Shown: positions 17,797-27,523 of the stretch, in pieces | How the letters are laid out: each line of letters starts with the position of its first letter | Numbering within the stretch: position 1 is the stretch's first letter | Assembly: GCA_030606485.1 (NCBI GenBank) | Contig: JAUWGH010000008.1 | Coordinates: forward strand, 1-32,000 | Source: Promethearchaeota archaeon | Lineage (GTDB): Archaea; Asgardarchaeota; Lokiarchaeia; Sigyniarchaeales; SOKP01 | Length of the DNA stretch: 32,000 bases | Direction: 5' to 3' | Made by a program: the position numbers and the translations under genes | The notes under the pieces: model-generated | Told to the model about the DNA's origin: nothing | The model's database searches: none | Seen by the model: the letters and a program-made list of their open reading frames with translations, nothing else

Positions 17797-18576
17797 CTAA
17801 ACAATTTGAGAGAAAATTTTATTAGCTTGTTGATACACAACATTATTTGATGGTAATTCAAGTAATGATTTACCGCTTAAATTGAACTTTTGAATTTCAC
17901 CATCATAGCTAAGGAATCCAAGCAATTTCATGTGATTCCCTAAATTTTTTTCAAAACTTTCTATGAATAGGTTTTTGTTTTTTCCATTAAATCGATTACC
18001 CAAGACCCATATATTTTTAAAGTCTAAACTAACTTCATCTTTCACTTCAAGAATTCTCTGTAAAGTGTGAAAACTCATTTTACTTGGGTCAGTAACTAAA
18101 ATCAAATCATCTACATCTATAGAAGTTTTTCTCGCGAAAAATTCTAAACCAGCTGGTGAGTCAATAATAGTAATTTTATAATTTTCAGCTAAAATCTTTA
18201 TCAAATGTTTTAAAATATTGTTAATAGAACAGTAGCATCCTTCCCCCTCAGATCTCCCTTGAATTATAAGGTCAAAATTATTAAATGTAATAATATGTCT
18301 AAATACTTCTTCCTCTACTAATGATTTTTCCGATAAATATGGAGGTATTTCTTTTCTTTCTAATTTTCTACCTAATTCTGTGATTACCCCAGCAATTGTA
18401 TCTCTAAAATTAGTTTGTTTATTTATTAGATCTGAGATATTAGCATCTGGATCTGCATCTATCACAAGGGTTTTTTGTTTCGGAAATTTAGAGATTAAAT
18501 ATTTTAAAAAAAGAATTGCGAGAGTTGATTTTCCAACACCACCCTTCCCTGCAAAACAAATTATTTTTTTATAAAT
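17797..18576 (-). CDS. cooC: CooC/AcsF-type nickel-insertion ATPase (MinD/ParA family)
   Basis: The frame extends upstream of the track's GTG (18465) through Walker A AGKGGVGKST, then VIDADP, GRSEGEGCYC (CxC metal motif) and IIDSPAGLEFF. There is no in-frame ATG/GTG/TTG before Walker A, so the start is placed at ATT 18576 (uncertain). Confidence 0.85.
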   Translation of the reverse strand: MYKKIICFAGKGGVGKSTLAILFLKYLISKFPKQKTLVIDADPDANISDLINKQTNFRDTIAGVITELGRKLERKEIPPYLSEKSLVEEEVFRHIITFNNFDLIIQGRSEGEGCYCSINNILKHLIKILAENYKITIIDSPAGLEFFARKTSIDVDDLILVTDPSKMSFHTLQRILEVKDEVSLDFKNIWVLGNRFNGKNKNLFIESFEKNLGNHMKLLGFLSYDGEIQKFNLSGKSLLELPSNNVVYQQANKIFSQIV

Positions 18577-18658
18577 TGCAATACCCTTTTTTTATTCTAT
18601 AATTAAATCGAATAAAATCAAAGAATTAAATAATATAATTAAGCGTAAGTTAAAAAAT

Positions 18659-19054
18659 TTAAGTCTCTTTAATTGCATTTCTTGGACAAGAATCAAGGCA
18701 TATAAGGCAACCAATACATTTTTCCTTAGTAAATTCTAATTCATAGTTGTTAGTAAAATGTAATGCTCCAGTGGGGCATAATGATATGCAAGCACCGCAA
18801 TCAATACAAAGTTCATTATCTACACAAACTGTACTTTTTCGTTCTACAGAAATACCTTCACTTTTAAAAGCTTCATTAACTTGATTCAATTTTTCAGAAG
18901 GAACATCGATGATCAAAGTTATTCCTTTTGGTGTTGTAGAAAATTTAAGAATATCAAATGAAATATTCATTTTCACAACATCTTGTAAGATTTTTGCATA
19001 ATCCTTAATACTGTCAATTATTCTGACAGGTATATTAATATTTATAATAGTCAT
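18659..19054 (-). CDS. NIL-domain ferredoxin (MJ0099/MA1822-like), partner of homocysteine synthase
   Basis: N-terminal NIL-like alpha/beta domain plus CIDCGACISLCP and CIGCLICLDSCP. Overlaps the DUF39 gene by 4 nt. Confidence 0.85.
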   Translation of the reverse strand: MTIININIPVRIIDSIKDYAKILQDVVKMNISFDILKFSTTPKGITLIIDVPSEKLNQVNEAFKSEGISVERKSTVCVDNELCIDCGACISLCPTGALHFTNNYELEFTKEKCIGCLICLDSCPRNAIKET

Positions 19055-20529
19055 TTTAGCAACAACTCCTCGGAAGTGATTAATCCAATTACTCTTTTAT
19101 TTTTATCTATTACTGGAAGTCCATTAATATTATTAACTCTCATCTTTCTCGCTGCAATATCAATGGGTTCATCATCTGTAGTCGTAATAACTTTTTTTGT
19201 AATGATTTCCGATAAGATTTCTTTATTTTCAGCAATAGCACGAGTAATATCAAAACTTGTAACAATTCCCTTTAAAATACCTTCATCATCAATTATGGCC
19301 ACATGATTTTCATTTTCTTCAATAATTTTTTTTGCAACTTTATTAATACTATCATTTAGATGGCATATTAGAGCTTGTTTTCTGAAATCTTTCACAAATT
19401 TTTGTGTTCTAACTTCCTTCATTGGTTTAAATGAGGTATCTCTTGGAAGCCTTTCAGCAGGTGGATTTAAGAAAAATTTACCTTTTTCAATCCAATTTTT
19501 TAATTCATTAGCAACTTTTCTTGCCATATAGAGAGATGAAAGTGAAGACACTTTAACCTTCTTACCCTTAATCTCGATGGTTCCGCTTTTCAATTCTTTA
19601 TAGTTAATCTCCCTTATTAAGGGTTTATCTCTTCTTGGAATACCATAATCAACAATCTCCGTTTTAATATCTTCATCTTTAATTGCAGTTTTTCTTGCAA
19701 TATTTTCATTTAATATTGGGATTGGAATTCCTAAACCAATGTAAATACTTGAACCATATTTTTCAAAATTAACTCCTTTCAGATATTCTGCGTTCATTTG
19801 CTTCAAATCGCCCTTTACAAATAATGATCCTAACCTTTTTATTGGATCATGCTGAGTTCCTTCCCCAATAACATATCCAATACCTCCACCTAAAAAAATT
19901 CTGGTTCCAATACCAATAGTTTCATAATCGGGATCATTACATAAAGGATTTAAACATCCTGCTCCTGAAAAGGTTGCATTTCCAAAATTTGGTAGAAGTT
20001 TTCCCATATATGTATATAAAGTACGATTTGTGCTATTTACTGCACAATCATACCTTTGATATGCATTCCTAGGATTTACCAAGATCGCTTGATTTATCTC
20101 GTCGATTGTAAAATAAGTGTCAACTTCTTCCTTTGGATAGCAATCAGTAGTATATGAAGTACCCCTTAAATGAATTGGTTTTCTACTTACTAAATCCTCG
20201 ATAACATGACCTCCACCGTATTCAAACGGTCTTTTGTCGTTCATGCGTGTTACCCCAATATAACAATCTACTGCAGCGTTCCCATGATAAGCATGTACTC
20301 CATTTAACCATAAATGTTCGAATTTAATTGGAGGATCTGAATGCCCAAAATTCAAGAAAGCTCCGCTGGAACACATCGCACCAAATGTTCCCGTTGTAAC
20401 TATATCGATTTCCTCTGCAGCTACTTCAATGCCTCTTTGTTCAACAATATTGATCATCTCCTCAGCAGTAACTACTACTGCTTCACCAGTTTCGATTTTT
20501 TTATTGATCTCTTCATAAGTTTTAATCAT
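19051..20529 (-). CDS. DUF39-CBS homocysteine biosynthesis protein (L-aspartate semialdehyde sulfurtransferase, MJ0100/MA1821-like)
   Basis: KTYEEINKKI...VVVTAEEM, DIVTTGTFGAMCSSGAFLNFGH, GGGHVIEDLV, LYTYMG and IGIGTRIFLGG motifs, plus a C-terminal CBS pair. SD GGTGA lies 4 nt before the ATG. Confidence 0.92.
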   Translation of the reverse strand: MIKTYEEINKKIETGEAVVVTAEEMINIVEQRGIEVAAEEIDIVTTGTFGAMCSSGAFLNFGHSDPPIKFEHLWLNGVHAYHGNAAVDCYIGVTRMNDKRPFEYGGGHVIEDLVSRKPIHLRGTSYTTDCYPKEEVDTYFTIDEINQAILVNPRNAYQRYDCAVNSTNRTLYTYMGKLLPNFGNATFSGAGCLNPLCNDPDYETIGIGTRIFLGGGIGYVIGEGTQHDPIKRLGSLFVKGDLKQMNAEYLKGVNFEKYGSSIYIGLGIPIPILNENIARKTAIKDEDIKTEIVDYGIPRRDKPLIREINYKELKSGTIEIKGKKVKVSSLSSLYMARKVANELKNWIEKGKFFLNPPAERLPRDTSFKPMKEVRTQKFVKDFRKQALICHLNDSINKVAKKIIEENENHVAIIDDEGILKGIVTSFDITRAIAENKEILSEIITKKVITTTDDEPIDIAARKMRVNNINGLPVIDKNKRVIGLITSEELLLK

Positions 20530-20634
20530 ATTATCACCTAATTTCTGTTATTAATGGGAATTGATATATCAATTTTACGATTATTATTTTTAAACTAGAA
20601 AAAAAGATTTCTTTTATAAAAATTAAATCTCAAA
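20419..20634. repeat. Imperfect ~215-bp direct repeat, copy 1 (DUF39 5' end plus upstream region)
   Basis: Aligns by eye with 21544..21758, e.g. ttgatatatcaatttt...atttttaaactagaaaaaaagatttcttttataaa versus ttggtatattaatttt...atttttaatttagataaaaatatttcttttataaa. Confidence 0.85.
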
Positions 20635-20793
20635 TATAATTATAATAACGAAAACATTAAATTTAATAACTATTAAATTGATTTACCTTCCTTACAAATA
20701 CTTTTTTCTAAAATACATTATTTATTTTTTATTGTCAAGATAAATACTTTTTAGAAATGAAATAGCAGCGATGAAATAAAAAATTAAAATAGT

Positions 20794-21063
20794 ATGAAAG
20801 AATTAGACGATTTGGACGAGTTTGATAGATCAGTTTTATTTGCTTGTTGCGACGCAAATAATTATAGTTTAAGCTCGCACGTACCAATTGAAGCAATTAT
20901 TAGAAGAATTAAAGGGATAAATTCAAAAATAATTAAAAAAGTTATTAAGATGTTAGTTTCCAACGGTTTTATTTTAAAACATCCAACAAGAAATCAAATG
21001 ACCTATCAACTCAGCAAAAAAGGATTAAATAATGGAAATAAAATAAAAAATAAAGTAAAATGA
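20794..21063 (+). CDS. Small winged helix-turn-helix protein
   Basis: 89 aa; helix IKKVIKMLVSNGFI followed by a wing KHPTRNQMTYQLSKKG. Confidence 0.65.
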   Translation: MKELDDLDEFDRSVLFACCDANNYSLSSHVPIEAIIRRIKGINSKIIKKVIKMLVSNGFILKHPTRNQMTYQLSKKGLNNGNKIKNKVK

Positions 21064-21168
21064 AGAATAGAGATGATTTTATCTAACCATACAGAATATT
21101 CTATTTCAGTAGAAAATTATATATATTGGATTTCCCTTACAATAAATAGAGATATTGAGTGAAAAAAA

Positions 21169-21453
21169 ATGCAAAATATTGCTAATCAAATTAGAAGGAA
21201 AAAAGCTTGGAAAAATAAAAAACGTATTTATGGGATCATTTGTAAAAATTCTGGTTTTACTAATTATAAATTGAGTAAAAAAATTGGTTGGACCACTGGA
21301 AAAGTCGATTATTACCTTAAACATTTACTTAAAGACGGATTGATAAAAAATGAAACTAGTATTGTTAATGGAAGGGTTCATAAGACATACTTCTCAAAGA
21401 CCGTAAAAGAATTTATTAATTGGGATGAAATGACGAATACCAAATTCGGATAA
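21169..21453 (+). CDS. Small winged helix-turn-helix transcriptional regulator (ArsR/Lrp-like HTH)
   Basis: 94 aa; GFTNYKLSKKIGWTTGKVDYYLKHLLKDGLI plus wing NGRVHKTY. Confidence 0.75.
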   Translation: MQNIANQIRRKKAWKNKKRIYGIICKNSGFTNYKLSKKIGWTTGKVDYYLKHLLKDGLIKNETSIVNGRVHKTYFSKTVKEFINWDEMTNTKFG

Positions 21454-21543
21454 AATGATAAAATATTAGCGTTTTATTTCATAGTTATAATGTTTTATCG
21501 AGTTGCATTTCATCTATTCTGAAGGATTTGTTCAACTTTAGAG

Positions 21544-21758
21544 AGCTACTTTAATGCCTTATTGTTCAACAATATTAATCATTTCTTCATCAGTAACTAT
21601 CACTGCGTCACTTTTTTCAATTTTTTTATTGATTTCTTCGTAAGTCTTTGTCACATAATCACCTTATAGTTAAAAGAAATTGAAGTTGGTATATTAATTT
21701 TGAAATTATCATTTTTAATTTAGATAAAAATATTTCTTTTATAAATATTAATCTGAAA
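21544..21758. repeat. Imperfect ~215-bp direct repeat, copy 2
   Basis: Diverged copy of 20419..20634 located about 1125 bp downstream. Confidence 0.85.
21546..21654 (-). pseudogene. Truncated duplicate of the DUF39 homocysteine synthase N-terminus
   Basis: (V)TKTYEEINKKIEKSDAVIVTDEEMINIVEQ*GIKVA versus MIKTYEEINKKIETGEAVVVTAEEMINIVEQRGIEVA. TAA at 21559-21561; the ATG at 21656 is out of frame. Confidence 0.9.
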
Positions 21759-21829
21759 ATTATGCATAAGAGTTATAAATCAAAAATAAAAAATAGATTA
21801 TTGAGAGATAAAAAAAATTTAATTCTAAT

Positions 21830-22384
21830 ATGTGGCCTAATTTAAAAGAAATTAAAAATTTGAGAAAAAAACTAAAATTAAGCCAGAAAGAATTAGGGAT
21901 AGCATGCGGCATTTCTCAACCGATAATATCTAGAATTGAACAAGGCAAGTTAGATCCTCCATATAGTAAAGCGAAGAAAATTTTTGAGTATTTAGAAAGT
22001 TTAAAGCCTAATGGAAGAAAATCAGAAAAAAAAGCTAAGGATATTATGACTAAAGAGGTAATTTTTCTCAATTCATAATCAATGGTTAAAGATGCAGTTG
22101 AGTTAATGAATCAAAATAAAATCTCACAACTGCCGATTATAGAGGGTAGCAATAATCTAGGTAGTATTACAGCGAAAAAGATTCAAAAACTTATAGCGGA
22201 TAATCCTGATATGATAAAAATAAATGTAATGCTTATAAAAGAACTTCCATTCCCAGAAATTCAAAAAGATTGGGATGTGAAAGAGATCTCTGATTTGCTT
22301 GTTAAATATAATGCAGTATCAGTAAAAGAATTCAATACTTTTATCGGTATTATTACTAACGCAGATTTTTTTAAAATTATATAA
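21830..22384 (+). pseudogene. XRE-HTH plus CBS-pair transcriptional regulator interrupted by one in-frame TAA (the track's ORFs 21830..22078 and 22082..22384)
   Basis: LRKKLKLSQKELGIACGISQPIISRIEQG HTH, then KAKDIMTKEVIFLNS*SMVKDAVELMNQNKISQLPII. Both halves are in the same frame with TAA at 22076-22078; the joined length of 184 codons plus stop suits this family. Could be a sequencing error. Confidence 0.8.
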
Positions 22385-22409
22385 GTTAGCAATAAATTTT
22401 TTTTATTTC

Positions 22410-24530
22410 TTATTTATCTCGATTTCTTATTGGTTTTTTTAATTTAAGTGGGGATTTGATTCTAAACCATCTATCAATGTTATAAAATTTTGTCTTAGGA
22501 ATTCTTATTCCGAATTTTGTTTGATATATTCGTTTCCAAATACCTATAAGAAAAGGTGTAAAAGCAGAAATGAGCATTAAATAGAGACCTATTCCAAAAG
22601 AAAACAGTCCAAAATTTCTGTATAAAGATGAAGGGTCATTAAAACATCCAAAATAACCTAAGGATAAATAAATTACATATAAGGGATAAATAATTTTAAA
22701 TAAGCTTGAAAGCATTGGTTTCTTTAAACTTAAATGAAAATATAGAATCCATGAAATAACGAATACCAATGTTAAATAAGGAGCAAGTTCTCCAACTTTA
22801 AGATCCCAAGTATATACATTATTATATAAATATTCATTTGTCCAAATTAATCCACTTGGATTAGATACGATCATTGGAAGCATTAATGAGATAAAAAAGA
22901 TCAATTCCGTTGCTCCCATAATGGAAAAGTATATAATAAAATATCTCTTACTTTTCTGTTGAATATTTACTTTTAATTCGATAAAATTTTTCTTGAGTTC
23001 AAATTGAGTACTTATATCTAATTCGCTAACATTTTTCTTGTATTCCCTCCAAATTATAAATCCAACAGGAAGAAAAATGAAACTGATAAGTAAAATGTAA
23101 AAGGGAATTGTTAGGTTGCTAATAATCAGTCCTGCTGTATAAATTCTCGAACTAAACCAAATGTTTTCTTCACCTTCTAAGTTAACAATAATATAATAAT
23201 CGATTTTCGAGCTAACAATTCCTGGCTCTAAAATCCCTGTCCAAATATTATTATCAAATTTTTTAAGATATAATTCTTCCCAAGAAGTTCCTATTATATC
23301 AACATATTTATAAACAACTTTAACTGATTCTATATTTTCATTAGTATCTAATTCTACTTGAATTGTTAAAATATCTCCTAATAAATCATATCCTTTTTTT
23401 GTGTCTTTAATATCAATTTTAAGTGGAGTTGGGCCATCATTTAAAATATAATTAATAAAATATTTTGTAGTATTTTCATAATGAGGAAATCCATGGTGTC
23501 CATTAGGATATATTTGAAGATAAGACTCGTTTTTTTGAACTGTGCTGTAAGTTTTATTAATGGAAGAATAATGGAACCATTCATCTGTTGTACCAACTTG
23601 CCACAAGATTGGTGGTAATATTTCCGACTTTAAATAATTGGTTGGATCAATTCTGAGAAGTAGATTTTCCCACAAAGAAACAGGAATATTGTCTGAGTTT
23701 TCTCCCAGAATCCAAAAAAGTAGTTTTGTGCGATCTGTTATAGTCTTTTCAAAATCACCTACGAAACAATAAGGTAATGCACCCCTAATACGTTCTCCAC
23801 AGATACTTGATAACCACATGGTATTTAATGCTCCATATGAAAAGCCAGTTACCATAATTTCAGAATTATTTACTAACGTAAGATTTTCTAATACTCTTAG
23901 TCCTTGGATTGCTCCACATAAAGTCAAATAACCATGAATTGATTTGTTATATTCTCCTGGAAAAAACATATTCTGGGGAGTAGGTTGCGCTCCTTCAGAT
24001 TCTCCATGTCCTGGATGAGAGTGGCACAAAACTATAAATCCCTCTTCTAAATAGGGAAGAGCTAATGGCCATTTGGAATTAAACGAGGCATTAGCATTTG
24101 CATCAATGCCATGCATACATAAACATCCTGGATTTTTACTTTTAATTTCTTTAGGATAAAGAAGGTATCCGCTAAGAGTTATAATTGATGGATTCGCTCC
24201 GACCCAATTTGGCGAATCAAATTGAATTTTTTGAGCGATAAATTCACTCTCTACTTTAGTATAGGAGTTAATATATTTTATAGTGGAATTTTTTCCAAGT
24301 ATGATATTTAAAGGTGTATTATTGACGCGCTTAATTTCACTCTCCCAAAATCTTAAAATATTAAAATCATTAGAATTAGAGGTCTTCATTGGTATAAAAT
24401 TATCTGGTTTATTAATATTCCCGATAGAGAGATAATAAAAAAAATTCAACCCAATTGAAAGAACGTAAATAAATATAATGGAATATAAAATTATAATGTT
24501 GATTTTTCTATTATTTCTTAAATCCATCAT
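22410..24530 (-). CDS. Membrane-anchored alpha/beta hydrolase (esterase/deacetylase-like) with a beta-rich domain and C-terminal TM helices
   Basis: N-terminal TM, LCMHG, HSHPGHGES, nucleophile elbow TGFSYGA, VGTTDEWF (Asp), PNGHHGF (His), then about four C-terminal hydrophobic segments. Confidence 0.8.
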   Translation of the reverse strand: MMDLRNNRKINIIILYSIIFIYVLSIGLNFFYYLSIGNINKPDNFIPMKTSNSNDFNILRFWESEIKRVNNTPLNIILGKNSTIKYINSYTKVESEFIAQKIQFDSPNWVGANPSIITLSGYLLYPKEIKSKNPGCLCMHGIDANANASFNSKWPLALPYLEEGFIVLCHSHPGHGESEGAQPTPQNMFFPGEYNKSIHGYLTLCGAIQGLRVLENLTLVNNSEIMVTGFSYGALNTMWLSSICGERIRGALPYCFVGDFEKTITDRTKLLFWILGENSDNIPVSLWENLLLRIDPTNYLKSEILPPILWQVGTTDEWFHYSSINKTYSTVQKNESYLQIYPNGHHGFPHYENTTKYFINYILNDGPTPLKIDIKDTKKGYDLLGDILTIQVELDTNENIESVKVVYKYVDIIGTSWEELYLKKFDNNIWTGILEPGIVSSKIDYYIIVNLEGEENIWFSSRIYTAGLIISNLTIPFYILLISFIFLPVGFIIWREYKKNVSELDISTQFELKKNFIELKVNIQQKSKRYFIIYFSIMGATELIFFISLMLPMIVSNPSGLIWTNEYLYNNVYTWDLKVGELAPYLTLVFVISWILYFHLSLKKPMLSSLFKIIYPLYVIYLSLGYFGCFNDPSSLYRNFGLFSFGIGLYLMLISAFTPFLIGIWKRIYQTKFGIRIPKTKFYNIDRWFRIKSPLKLKKPIRNRDK

Positions 24531-24700
24531 TAATCAAATCTAGTTTATGAGAAAAAATGATAATTTTATGTATTAATTTTTAAAATTCTTCTCTATTTCA
24601 GAAAAAATGTAATCTTATTATTGAATTTTTATTTTCTTATATATTCTGCATATTTTATAGAATAACAGTATCAACATTTATTTTATTAATTAGTTCACTT

Positions 24701-25006
24701 ATGAGATCAGTTTCTAGTTCGGTTGTAATTTCAGTTCTAATTCTATTTCTCGGTTTTAATATGACTTTAGGTTTTATTATGATAGCTTTTCCATATATGG
24801 AGCCAATCTATATTTTAACATATCATAGTAGTTTGTATATACAAATTTTTGATTTTCCAGAGGTTAGATATTACGATTTGTCTTTTTTGTTCCTTATAAG
24901 AACATGGTTAACACCGACCCTAATAAGCGGAATTTCTGTTCAATTAATCTATATAGGATTTGATTTAACTCTTTCATATTTTATTTTTAATCTGCGTGAA
25001 TTGTGA
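24701..25006 (+). CDS. Small hypothetical membrane protein (possibly a fragment)
   Basis: 101-aa ATG-started ORF with two hydrophobic segments, filling an otherwise empty interval. No family recognised. Confidence 0.4.
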   Translation: MRSVSSSVVISVLILFLGFNMTLGFIMIAFPYMEPIYILTYHSSLYIQIFDFPEVRYYDLSFLFLIRTWLTPTLISGISVQLIYIGFDLTLSYFIFNLREL

Positions 25007-25103
25007 TTAAAATTAAATCCTAACAATTCCCGTTAATAAAAAAAAATTAGATTGGCAATGAAAAAACTCAAAATCAAGAATAAAAAAAAATATTAAAAAT
25101 TTA

Positions 25104-26135
25104 TTATAATTTTACAATTTTACCTTTTTTATCGAGGAATATAGCGATTATAGTTATGAGAGCAATCATTAGTATGCCCACTAGCAAATCCATTTCATAT
25201 CCTATTATATCCGAAATCAAGAATTCAAGAAGGATAGCTATAATATAAATAAGGAAAGGGCTCTTTCCATAACTGTCTAAGACTATTATTGGTTTTTGCA
25301 ATTTTTTATCAATGCCAATAAATATAAATGAAAGTAAAATCGAAACTCCCATGCTTATTATGATATAAGTTAATGTAACTTGGCGTTTATTAGCGTACCA
25401 CTCTGGAATAAGTGATATTAATAAACCTCCTATGAAACAAATAACGCCTACAATAACATAAATTTGATATTTTTTCTTCTCAGTGTAATCTTCTTTTAAG
25501 ATTAATATTTCACCCAGACAAGTTGCATAGATCATAAGTACTGAGAATCCAAAAATAGTTCCTAAGATTCCCCCATGAACAGATGCAATTGCATATTCTC
25601 GCCATCCGAAGTATAACATAATTTGATAAAAAATTAATATTCCCGAAGCTATAATAGCTCGAATTCTAGGACTTAACCAAAGAAAAGGTAAAGCAATAAA
25701 ACCTACAAGTCCCAATGATGGAAGAACATCCCATACAACTATAATCATACCATCTTCTATTTTAATAAAACTCCCTTGATCAATAAGAATTACAAGCAAT
25801 CCGAGGGCCAATATAACACCATATCGTATAAAAATATGGCTAACTGCTTTTTTAACACCATCCCTCTCTTTTCGGTGGAAAAATGAAACCGGCATAAGTA
25901 ATCCCATAATGAATATAAAAGCAGGGGCGCCTACATCGTAAAAATTCATCATTGTTGTTGTTCTTTGGTTTTCAGGATGCGCAAGAAAAAATCGTGCTGC
26001 CTCACGAATAGCAATTGGAAGAAATTCGGTTACAACTAACAAGATCATTATAAACCCTCTTGCATGATCTATCCAATATAATCTTTTGGATGCTTTTTCT
26101 TTCAATTCTGATGCTACTTCTTTTGATTCTGACAT
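25104..26135 (-). CDS. Heparan-alpha-glucosaminide N-acetyltransferase-like (HGSNAT/DUF1624/DUF5009) membrane acyltransferase
   Basis: RLYWIDHARGFIMILLV, FYDVGAPAFIFIMG, HIFIRYGVILALG and YGKSPFLIYI motifs; about 10 TM. Confidence 0.8.
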   Translation of the reverse strand: MSESKEVASELKEKASKRLYWIDHARGFIMILLVVTEFLPIAIREAARFFLAHPENQRTTTMMNFYDVGAPAFIFIMGLLMPVSFFHRKERDGVKKAVSHIFIRYGVILALGLLVILIDQGSFIKIEDGMIIVVWDVLPSLGLVGFIALPFLWLSPRIRAIIASGILIFYQIMLYFGWREYAIASVHGGILGTIFGFSVLMIYATCLGEILILKEDYTEKKKYQIYVIVGVICFIGGLLISLIPEWYANKRQVTLTYIIISMGVSILLSFIFIGIDKKLQKPIIVLDSYGKSPFLIYIIAILLEFLISDIIGYEMDLLVGILMIALITIIAIFLDKKGKIVKL

Positions 26136-26257
26136 ATTTATTCAGCAAAATTTTTTTTAATTAATTAATTCCTAATTTAAAATTTTTATATTTTAGATTA
26201 GTGTTAAAAACATATTTAAACTTTAGAAGTTCTATTTGGAAAATTTATTATTCGCAT

Positions 26258-27523
26258 TTAGGAGTAATTACTATCAAATGAGGCTTGTGTTTCTGCAGTT
26301 TCTAAAAAAGAAAATTTTAATAGACTGATATAAATAATTAATAGAAAAATAGAAGCCCATAAATTAAAAGGGAATATTTGATAAGTTAAGAAGAACAACC
26401 CAGACAACGGAACAACAAGTAACGCTAAAAGAAAATATCCAATTTTGAAATTCTTTATCAATCTTGTCACTTTTAAATTAACTCTAGAATTAATTGTTAT
26501 TAAGAAAATAGATAAGAATGGCGCTAAGCTTACAATATGATGATCCCAAGAATCAAAATAAACTAATAACATGATAATCATTCCCATAATTAAGCCCTCA
26601 TTAATACCAACATTAGAATTTTTTTTAAAAATGTAAATTAAGAAACCAGGAATAGCAACGATTAATACAATAATGATGGGAATAATAAATTTACTACTCT
26701 GGATTCCCATAATATAGAAAAGATTTAAAATAGCTCTTGTAATGCTAATAGAATTATTAATTCCTTCCTCCGTATATTCGCCAGAGAAATTAATATCTAT
26801 AAATCCTTGCCACAAAGTAGGATATAAAATAAAAAATAACACGGAAATTAATATTGGAATAATTACACCAAATAAGCGCAAACTCGATCGTTTGAAATCA
26901 ATTTTTAATTTCTTATTCTTCCTATTCCAATTGATGATAATTATAAAGGGAATAATGAAAATTGCTAAAGGTTTAATTGAAATACTTATTCCTATTAAAA
27001 TACCACCTAAAAACTCATAAATTAACGAATTCTTTAAAAAGAAATATAACGCCAGTAATAAGAAAACTGTGATAAGATTATTAATTTGACCTAAAGCATA
27101 ATTCATAAAATGCGGAAAACAGAGTAAATAAATTGTAATATACTTAATAGAACGTGAATTTAAATCATTTTTTTTTGAATTTAATCGATTTAATTGTATT
27201 TTTGCTGCATTAATATAGATTATATAGCAACATGCAAAATTTAAAAACAAACTAAAAATCTGAAATACAAAATAACCAATTTCTAAACCCATCATCGAAA
27301 ATGGTGTAAAAAAATAGGCAGAAATTGGAAAATATCTATATGGAAAGAGATAATTAGATTGATTATATAAATCATTAATATCTTCAATAATTATTTTACC
27401 TGCATTAAAATAGGTTAGAAAATCACACGTTTCAGAAAATCCAGCAAAATAGAATAACATAAGAGAAATTATCAAATAAACACAATGAGTTCCTATACCT
27501 ACAAATAAAAATCTTTTATCCAT
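26258..27523 (-). CDS. GT-C glycosyltransferase family 87 (DUF2029)
   Basis: DFLTYFNAG, YRYFP, GQINNL, SIKP and SWDHH motifs in a polytopic membrane protein. Confidence 0.85.
   Translation of the reverse strand: MDKRFLFVGIGTHCVYLIISLMLFYFAGFSETCDFLTYFNAGKIIIEDINDLYNQSNYLFPYRYFPISAYFFTPFSMMGLEIGYFVFQIFSLFLNFACCYIIYINAAKIQLNRLNSKKNDLNSRSIKYITIYLLCFPHFMNYALGQINNLITVFLLLALYFFLKNSLIYEFLGGILIGISISIKPLAIFIIPFIIIINWNRKNKKLKIDFKRSSLRLFGVIIPILISVLFFILYPTLWQGFIDINFSGEYTEEGINNSISITRAILNLFYIMGIQSSKFIIPIIIVLIVAIPGFLIYIFKKNSNVGINEGLIMGMIIMLLVYFDSWDHHIVSLAPFLSIFLITINSRVNLKVTRLIKNFKIGYFLLALLVVPLSGLFFLTYQIFPFNLWASIFLLIIYISLLKFSFLETAETQASFDSNYS

Noticed and set aside
3512-21324. Short track ORFs 3512, 7474, 8365, 9010, 10111, 10433, 10828, 11904, 13236, 15494, 15626, 16214, 18380, 19076, 20341 and 21106
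   Set aside because: They overlap well-supported genes in antisense or alternate frames and have no recognisable motifs.
683-22078. Genome-wide stop-codon recoding (Pyl, Sec or an alternative code) to explain the in-frame stops
   Set aside because: The interrupting stops are of all three types (TAG 683, TGA 2177, TAA 21559 and 22076), fall at non-catalytic positions, and TAA and TGA both end intact genes here. Decay or sequence error is simpler.
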